Positions 37,852 through 45,040 of a stretch of 45,040 nucleotides of DNA are shown one piece after another. Under the pieces are notes generated by a model. That model was not told where the DNA came from. It searched no databases and saw nothing but the letters and a program-made list of their open reading frames with translations. Position 1 is the stretch's first letter. The number at the start of each line of letters is the position of its first letter. The position numbers and the translations under genes are program-made. The stretch lies in sequence record SRR2962707_1682; one strand, given 5' to 3'.

Positions 37852-39112
37852 ACATAGGTCCCCCAAAGAAATCGAGCGTGAAATCGAGCATGAGCGCGCA
37901 AGTTTAACCAACACATTGGAAGATCTGCAAGACCGCTTTTCGCTGGACGGTGTTGTCCGCGAGGTCACTGATCAGCTGCGCGAGCACGGCGGTGACATCG
38001 GCGCATCCGTGTCAAAGTCAGTTCGTGACAACCCCATGGCACTGGCCCTGACAGGTGTCGGGTTAGCTTGGATGATTTTTGGCAATCAGAATGGAAGTAC
38101 TGGGGGTCGTGGCTACGCTACAGGGCGGACCCTTACGCAACATCGCCGTGACGATGCGTTTTCAGACAGAGCAGAAAGCTCCTCTGCTTACGGTACCCAT
38201 AGTGGAAGCGTGAGTGGCATTGAAGATCAGGACAACACACCATCATGGGTGCGTAGTTATACAGAATCGACTGGTAGCCGCGATGGTCAAAGCCTGACTG
38301 ATAAAGCGCGCGCGGCCCGCGGTGCTGCCGGAAATCGAGTTTCTGCAGCCGCTGGTGCGGCATCGGACATGTCTAATGCCGTTTCAGCAAAGGCGTCGGC
38401 GGCCGGGGGTTCGATTTCGGATGCTGCTTCCAACGTGGGAGGTGCGATTTCGGATGTTGCAGCAAATGCTCGGGTCCATGTGCGGGGCGCAGGCGCGTCG
38501 GTTGGTGCCGGAGCGCGCAGCGCGCGCACGGGTGTCAACGATGCAGCTGGATACGCCTCTGATCGGGCGGCGGACCTACGGGATCGGCTGGCCGAAGGGA
38601 CCGAGAGCTTGAGTGAAGAAGCTCGTACTCGGGTCATCGCTGCACGTCAGCGCGCCATGGAAGCACGTGATGCTGCCGCAGGTTACGCGGATCAAGGCCG
38701 CAAGCAGGCCGCAGATCTGTTCGAAGATCAGCCGCTGATCGTTGGCGCGCTTGCACTGGCAGTCGGGGCCGCAATCGGCGCTGCCCTGCCACGCACCCGC
38801 ACGGAAGACGAATATTTCGGCGAACAAAGCGACGATCTGATCGGCGAAGCGGAACGCATCTTTGAGGAAGAGCGTTCCAAGGCCACAGCAGTCGCCAGCG
38901 CCGCGATGAACGAGGCAAAGGATGTCGCGAAAGAGGCAGTAGCCGAGGTGAAGGACAAAGCCGCCAAAGCCAAAGCCGCCGCCGATAGTAACGCTCCGGC
39001 GGATACCGCTGCGCAAGCGGTGGCCGACAAGGCGATGAAAGCCGGACAACGGGTCGCTGATGCGGCGAAAACCGAGGCTGACAAACAGGACCTGGGCAAG
39101 CCCAATGCGTAA
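37844..39112 (+). CDS. DUF3618-domain Ala-rich protein
   Basis: SPKEIEREIEHERASLTNTLEDLQDR N-terminus; QPLIVGALALAVGAAIGAALPRTRTED motif. Confidence 0.8.
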   Translation: MTEHRSPKEIEREIEHERASLTNTLEDLQDRFSLDGVVREVTDQLREHGGDIGASVSKSVRDNPMALALTGVGLAWMIFGNQNGSTGGRGYATGRTLTQHRRDDAFSDRAESSSAYGTHSGSVSGIEDQDNTPSWVRSYTESTGSRDGQSLTDKARAARGAAGNRVSAAAGAASDMSNAVSAKASAAGGSISDAASNVGGAISDVAANARVHVRGAGASVGAGARSARTGVNDAAGYASDRAADLRDRLAEGTESLSEEARTRVIAARQRAMEARDAAAGYADQGRKQAADLFEDQPLIVGALALAVGAAIGAALPRTRTEDEYFGEQSDDLIGEAERIFEEERSKATAVASAAMNEAKDVAKEAVAEVKDKAAKAKAAADSNAPADTAAQAVADKAMKAGQRVADAAKTEADKQDLGKPNA

Positions 39113-39191
39113 TAGGCCCTGATCCAACCAAGCGGCCCGCCCCAATATTGTGCGGGCCGTCGTGTAATTTAAATGAACGGAACCCTGTACC

Positions 39192-40136
39192 ATGGCCCGC
39201 GGACGTAACGCCGAATCTCCGACCCACATTCCGCCATCTGGTTGGAAGGATATCCTGTTGCGGGTCAAGTCCGAGGTTGCAGACGACCACGTTGGGTTAA
39301 TAGCTGCTGGCGTGGCGTTTTACGGGCTTCTGGCGCTTTTTCCCGCGATCACAGCGATTATGGCACTGGCTGGCCTTGCCTTGGAACCTGCCCAGGTGAC
39401 GGACCAGATTGAATCTTTGGCAAGGTTGATACCGCAACAGGCCGCCGACATTATCCTTGGACAAGCGATAGAGGTGGCCGGGTCGAAGGACACGGGCCTT
39501 GGCTTGGCACTTTTAGTCGGTATTGGTCTGGCGCTTTATTCGGCGTCCAAGGGTATTGGCAGCCTGATGGAGGGCTTGAATGTTGCCTATGACGAAGAGG
39601 AGACACGCGGGTTCATTAAATTGACATTGGTAAAACTAGGTTTGACCGTACTTCTGATCGTCGGGCTGGTCGCGGGGCTTGGCGGTGCCCTTGCGGTGCC
39701 AGCAGTGCTTTCGTTCCTGGGTTTGCCCGGCTGGCTTGAAGCGCTGTTGGGGTTGGCACGTTGGATTATTATGGCGCTGCTGACAGTGGGCGGATTGGCC
39801 GCGCTTTATCGTTGGGGACCAGCGCGGGAAAACGCCCGCTGGGCATGGCTTACTCCGGGCACGCTGGCGGCCTGTCTGCTGTGGCTGGTGGGCTCAATCG
39901 GGTTCTCGGTCTATGTCGGGAACTTCGGGAGCTATAACGAAACCTTCGGCAGCATGGCCGGAGTGATTGTGCTGCTGATGTGGCTTTGGCTATCAGCTTA
40001 TATTGTTCTGCTGGGCGCGGAACTGAATGCAGAAATCGAGGCCCAGACCGCGCACGACACCACCACGGGCCCCGAAGTTCCGATGGGTAAGCGCGGCGCC
40101 GAAAAGGCGGATCGCCTTGGCGAAACAAGCGCGTGA
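39192..40136 (+). CDS. YihY/virulence factor BrkB family membrane protein
   Basis: AAGVAFYGLLALFP and YNETFGSMAGVIVLLMWLWLSAYIVLLGAELNAE motifs. Confidence 0.9.
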   Translation: MARGRNAESPTHIPPSGWKDILLRVKSEVADDHVGLIAAGVAFYGLLALFPAITAIMALAGLALEPAQVTDQIESLARLIPQQAADIILGQAIEVAGSKDTGLGLALLVGIGLALYSASKGIGSLMEGLNVAYDEEETRGFIKLTLVKLGLTVLLIVGLVAGLGGALAVPAVLSFLGLPGWLEALLGLARWIIMALLTVGGLAALYRWGPARENARWAWLTPGTLAACLLWLVGSIGFSVYVGNFGSYNETFGSMAGVIVLLMWLWLSAYIVLLGAELNAEIEAQTAHDTTTGPEVPMGKRGAEKADRLGETSA

Positions 40137-40246
40137 CAGCCGGTCAAAGAGAGCTCGATACAAATACGGGTTTAGGGATCGAAGAGGTTGTGACCGCTTA
40201 TGTTCATTGACCGGCGGCGGCGCGCCCGACTGGGGCGCTCTATCAG

Positions 40247-40888
40247 TCAGAAGTCTTCGTTCGTCACAACCTCACCCTTGATCGCGCGGTACATTTCCTT
40301 ACTTTCGTCCCAATATCCACTGATGTGAAGGCGCACTGTGATGGGCCCCTCCTCAATATTCATGAAGTAAAAACCATGGTAGCCTGCGAAAGGCGCGGTG
40401 AAGGACCCGCTTTGGGTCAGGCCCTCACCTTTGGCGTAGGCCATCTCAAACCCTTCGGGGTAATTGACGAGGTCCTGTGATGACGGATGGCCGTGAAATT
40501 CGTAATAGACTCCATCGCCCTGCGCCTCCAGAATCCCCCATGAATAAACAAAAGTTGTGTCCGCAGGCATGATGAACTTGTACTCAACCTCGCCATAATC
40601 CTCAATTTTGATGTCGATGACCTCGTTATGGAATGGGGCATCTTCAAGATGGATGAGCCCCTGCACGGATTGATCGATCAACTCTGCGGTAGGGTCGTAT
40701 TCACCAATGTTAAAGGCCAATTGCCCCTGAAACGCGGCCGGTGCTCGAGCCTCGTCTGCCAGGGCCGTCAGCCCCAGGGCCTGGCCAATCCCAGTCATAT
40801 CAACTCCGTATTCGGCGGGCAAAACGGCGACAACCAAAAGCGCGCCGCCCGCGAGGGCACCAAGGATGAGTTTCGAAGTCAGGTTCAT
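40247..40888 (-). CDS. Membrane-anchored hypothetical protein associated with HupE/UreJ genes
   Basis: LPAEYGVDMTGIGQALGLT, EFHGH and FTAPFAGYHGFY motifs; N-terminal TM; GGAG RBS. Confidence 0.75.
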   Translation of the reverse strand: MNLTSKLILGALAGGALLVVAVLPAEYGVDMTGIGQALGLTALADEARAPAAFQGQLAFNIGEYDPTAELIDQSVQGLIHLEDAPFHNEVIDIKIEDYGEVEYKFIMPADTTFVYSWGILEAQGDGVYYEFHGHPSSQDLVNYPEGFEMAYAKGEGLTQSGSFTAPFAGYHGFYFMNIEEGPITVRLHISGYWDESKEMYRAIKGEVVTNEDF

Positions 40889-40901
40889 GGCGATGTCTCC
40901 G

Positions 40902-41588
40902 TCAGGATGTGAAATAGCCAACCGCTTGCACGCCGAACAGGACCAGCCCCGCGGCGAACAGCAGAACGTTTGCGGTTGACGAAATAGATGGAAAATCTGC
41001 GCGTTGACGCAGCCCTGCCAGCGCCCAGAACAAGACCGTCAAGGCAAGCATCTGACCGATCTCAACCCCAAGGTTGAAGGCCAGCATGTTGGCAATCAAC
41101 CCGTCCGGGGAAAGGGCCAGATCCTGCAGTTTGCTGGACAAGCCAAATCCATGGACCAGCCCGAAACCAAAGACGGCAATCCTAGGGTGCAACACGCGGA
41201 GCGTTCCCAAGTTTTCCAGCGCCTTATAGCACACGGATAAACCGATGATGGCGTCGATGGCAAAGGGGTTCACATGAATGCCGACCAGCACCCCCGCAAG
41301 CAGAGTGATCGAATGGCCAAGCGCAAACAAGCTGACAAACGTCGCCACGTCACGCAACTTGTCCAGAAAGAAGATCACGCCAACCAGGTACAAAAGGTGG
41401 TCATATCCGGTGACCATATGCTTGGCCCCCAGATAGATGAACGGACCAAGGTGCATACCAGACGCGCTGACCAAAAAACCCTGATCTTGCGTGCTAACCC
41501 CGTGGGCAGACGCCTGCGAAGCCAGGCAAAGCCCCAGAAGCATCACAGACAGCAGCAGGTGAAACGGGGCGCTAAAGATCCTCAACAT
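40902..41588 (-). CDS. HupE/UreJ-like membrane protein (putative Ni/Co transporter)
   Basis: LGAKHMVTGYDHLLYL, GHSITL, FGLVHGFG and FNLGVEIGQ motifs. Confidence 0.85.
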   Translation of the reverse strand: MLRIFSAPFHLLLSVMLLGLCLASQASAHGVSTQDQGFLVSASGMHLGPFIYLGAKHMVTGYDHLLYLVGVIFFLDKLRDVATFVSLFALGHSITLLAGVLVGIHVNPFAIDAIIGLSVCYKALENLGTLRVLHPRIAVFGFGLVHGFGLSSKLQDLALSPDGLIANMLAFNLGVEIGQMLALTVLFWALAGLRQRADFPSISSTANVLLFAAGLVLFGVQAVGYFTS

Positions 41589-42069
41589 AAGGAATAAACC
41601 GCCCCAGAATGATGACGCAGGTCCACAGTGCCAGTGACAGCCATGCAACAATCCGCGCGCCCTTTGTAAGGTGGGCCGATGCGACGCCCGCGTCCATCTG
41701 CGGTTTGATCCGCCGTACAAAATAGGCCGTGTTCAGACCGGCGAGGAGGATCACGCCCATCTTTGCCCAAAATGCGATGTTCACGAGGTAACGATCAGAA
41801 TCCCCGATCACGAACAATACGCCAGACATCAGGTTTATCGCAAAGCCGATCAAAGCAAAGCGGACAAACAGTTCGACGCGCTGGATCGGGAGCGATCTGG
41901 CAAAGCCGACCACCCGCAAATCGACCACGATCAACGAGCCGAACAGCAGGCAAAGCCCGACAAAATGTGCCATTTCCAGAAACGGAAAAAGATAGGCGTT
42001 GGTCATGATGAACCTGCTCAGCGCCGTTGAGTTCAGGGTATCGATGACCCAGTTGAGCAACGTGTTCAT
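41572..42069 (-). CDS. DUF6644-like four-helix membrane protein
   Basis: FPFLEMAHFVGLCLLFG...DLRVVG, NIAFWAKM and W...GRFIPY motifs. Confidence 0.75.
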   Translation of the reverse strand: MNTLLNWVIDTLNSTALSRFIMTNAYLFPFLEMAHFVGLCLLFGSLIVVDLRVVGFARSLPIQRVELFVRFALIGFAINLMSGVLFVIGDSDRYLVNIAFWAKMGVILLAGLNTAYFVRRIKPQMDAGVASAHLTKGARIVAWLSLALWTCVIILGRFIPYVEDL

Positions 42070-42081
42070 TGCGTGATCCCC

Positions 42082-42540
42082 CTATGACCAATAGCCGATG
42101 AGACGGCCAAAAATAATCGCGACAATCCATGTCGCCATTGCGCCTCCCGCGATTATGCGGTGCGCCGGAGATACTTGGTCTGTGCGTTTGACGCAGATCT
42201 GAACCAGCCGCCACGTCAGTGCCAACCCGACAAAGACGAGCACGATCTTGATGCGGAATGCCCAGTTGAAAAACAGCTCGGACGCGTTGCCGCAAAACAG
42301 CGCGCTACCCGATAGCAGGTTCAGAAAGAACCCGCCAAGCGCGACGCGCCAATAGGGGGCCATGGATGTCACGGGGATTGACGGTGCGAACCCCAGAACA
42401 CGGATCATCAGCATCAATGCCACGCCCACAAGGGTTGCCATGCCGATTGCGTGAAGGGAAAGAACAATGGGATAGCCCCATTGGGTGCTGGAGACAGTCA
42501 ATCCGACGATCGAATCCTCCAGCCAGAATAACGTATCCAT
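42082..42540 (-). CDS. DUF6644-like four-helix membrane protein (paralog)
   Basis: YPIVLSLHAIG, NWAFRIK and W...GRLIGY; same architecture as its neighbour. Confidence 0.75.
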   Translation of the reverse strand: MDTLFWLEDSIVGLTVSSTQWGYPIVLSLHAIGMATLVGVALMLMIRVLGFAPSIPVTSMAPYWRVALGGFFLNLLSGSALFCGNASELFFNWAFRIKIVLVFVGLALTWRLVQICVKRTDQVSPAHRIIAGGAMATWIVAIIFGRLIGYWS

Positions 42541-42562
42541 GTGATGCCTTCCTGACGCAGGT

Positions 42563-42602
42563 GTTGCACCGTCGCGCTTGAAAATCCCTGCAACGGTGCA
42601 AC
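42563..42602. repeat. Intercistronic 13-bp inverted repeat
   Basis: GTTGCACCGTCGC (42563-42575) / GCAACGGTGCAAC (42590-42602), one mismatch. Confidence 0.6.
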
Positions 42603-42660
42603 CTGGGCTGTTCGTAAATGGGTCTTTGGGGGCTGCGCCTTGGCGGTGCGGCCCCGCAGA

Positions 42661-43779
42661 TTATTCTGACCGTTCTTCGGTCAGATCATCACAGGCATAG
42701 GCTTCGTAAGCATCGCTGGTCAGTGTCACCTCGTCAGACCCTGTGATTGGCGCCTCAAGGTAAATTGGGTCCACAAAAGTGTATTGGCGCGTCAACACGG
42801 TGCCATCGTCGTTTAGCGCAAAGTGTTCGGTGACCACCAATTCCGGGCTGTTCTTCACGGGCGATGGTGGGCCGCCACGGCCCCCTTTGGGCGGTGCAGG
42901 ACGGTCCTCGGCATCACCTTTAGGGCGCGCACCAGCGCCTTCGGGACCGCCCATCGGGGCGTTGATCCATCCTTCGTCAAACCTGGTTGTGGTCACGACA
43001 AGCGTCTCGTCTTCCCATTCACCGGTTGAAAAACCGGCGCGGGTTGGTTCAAAATCCTCCGGCATTTTGGTGCCATCAAGATAGATGGTGCGTTCAAGAT
43101 CCATGAACCCGTAGGTCATTGTGATCTGCTCGTCGCCCTGTGTGATGGTGTTCACCATCTGGTCAAACCACCAATCCATCACGATGTTCGTGGCTTCGCA
43201 CTGATAGCGCGGGTTTTCGTCGGATGTTGCGTCTGCTACGGCGGCGGCGCCCGCTTCGGTCAGCGCCACATCGGAGCGGTCCCCTGCGCCTGGGCGCGCG
43301 TCTTCTTCGCGTACCATTGCCCAGTTGCCGTCAATATTGGGTGTTCCGTCGTCACGCTCTGTCTGGCGCTGTTCCGCCTCGATCGCACCGCTGTCGTCAA
43401 ATGTGCTGTGCCGGGATGCGACCACGCCATTTTCAAAGGTGATCTGGCTCATATAGCAGGTGGTCGGATCGGTGCGGTCGGGTGAGCCGATGATCGAGAT
43501 CTTGCTGCCGACCTCAAACATCTCTGTGGTCCAGCCATTGCGTTTCAACAGCGAGCCGGATTGCAATTCGCACCGGAGGTTCACGACCTCGCCATTCTCG
43601 TCTGTTGAATCGAAATACACATATGCATGCGGATTAACGAGGCGGATGCGCGTGATCTCACCCGAAAGCACGACTGTTGTGCTGGTGTCAAACTGGCCGC
43701 TGCTGCCGTGGTGGGCGAATGCCGGCAGAGGCAGTGCCATGAGCGCGACAATGAGGGCGGCGTTCCGTAAATGAGACAT
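42661..43779 (-). CDS. Exported DUF6152-like protein with an additional acidic C-terminal domain
   Basis: Signal peptide ending AFA followed by HHGSSGQFD; NPHAY motif; LKRNGWT. Confidence 0.75.
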   Translation of the reverse strand: MSHLRNAALIVALMALPLPAFAHHGSSGQFDTSTTVVLSGEITRIRLVNPHAYVYFDSTDENGEVVNLRCELQSGSLLKRNGWTTEMFEVGSKISIIGSPDRTDPTTCYMSQITFENGVVASRHSTFDDSGAIEAEQRQTERDDGTPNIDGNWAMVREEDARPGAGDRSDVALTEAGAAAVADATSDENPRYQCEATNIVMDWWFDQMVNTITQGDEQITMTYGFMDLERTIYLDGTKMPEDFEPTRAGFSTGEWEDETLVVTTTRFDEGWINAPMGGPEGAGARPKGDAEDRPAPPKGGRGGPPSPVKNSPELVVTEHFALNDDGTVLTRQYTFVDPIYLEAPITGSDEVTLTSDAYEAYACDDLTEERSE

Positions 43780-44130
43780 ATGTGTTGATCCTATGACGTC
43801 CAATTGGCCCGCGTTGTGTGCAGGTACCGGGCGTTATACGGTGCCGGGCCGGTTTCCCGTCGGCAGGATCAGTTTTTGCCGAAGAGGCCACGAATGCGCC
43901 GCCACACGGGAGTTTTTGGCAGGTGACGAAGGGCGTCGGGCACGCGTGTCGGTCGCAATGCAATTATCTGACTTTTCCAACTGCAGTTAACACCGCCGTA
44001 GATGCGCGGATGCACGCTTTCTGCCACCATCACACCATCAGGGCGTAAGGCCCCGACAGTGCGAGAGTTGGTTGAACGGTACATCAATGAACTGAGACGC
44101 TCCCGAGCTTACCGGGGGGCCAATAATCGC

Positions 44131-45039
<909 letters not shown>

Positions 45040-45040
45040 G

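Noticed and set aside
43780-44130. Cobalamin or metal riboswitch upstream of DUF6152
   Set aside because: No B12-box or other recognisable riboswitch consensus by eye; an Rfam search would be needed.

Overview
Chromosomal window from a GC-rich alphaproteobacterium. Rhodobacteraceae is inferred from gene content and protein sequences, not proven. In order it carries: an AcrAB-type RND pump (acrB truncated by the window edge); a proline-betaine/stachydrine-type demethylation cluster (TetR, Rieske oxygenase, reductase, StcD/HpbA); an LPG-synthase-like membrane protein; opgH plus a Tat-exported opgD/G; a Rid2 + D-amino-acid dehydrogenase-like pair; ynjF-ynjBCD; a group-4-capsule-like locus (yjbH-yjbF, two tandem YjbE-like mini-genes, wza); a metallophosphatase; a priming sugar transferase with tandem CtrA boxes upstream; tRNA-His next to hisS; a fatty-acid desaturase; a TAXI-TRAP transporter with DctB and a degenerate DctD; an IS110 remnant; an EcfG-type general-stress operon; a five-gene DUF6152/DUF6644x2/HupE-UreJ operon; and the 3' part of gyrB. 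The most striking observation is a co-located hisS + tRNA-His module of the canonical G-1:C73 / RPQ type. Rhodobacterales are known to have lost G-1 and to use a different HisRS, so this suggests an acquired, possibly orthogonal, synthetase-tRNA pair. The second most striking is the uncharacterised His-rich operon, a candidate metal-acquisition system.
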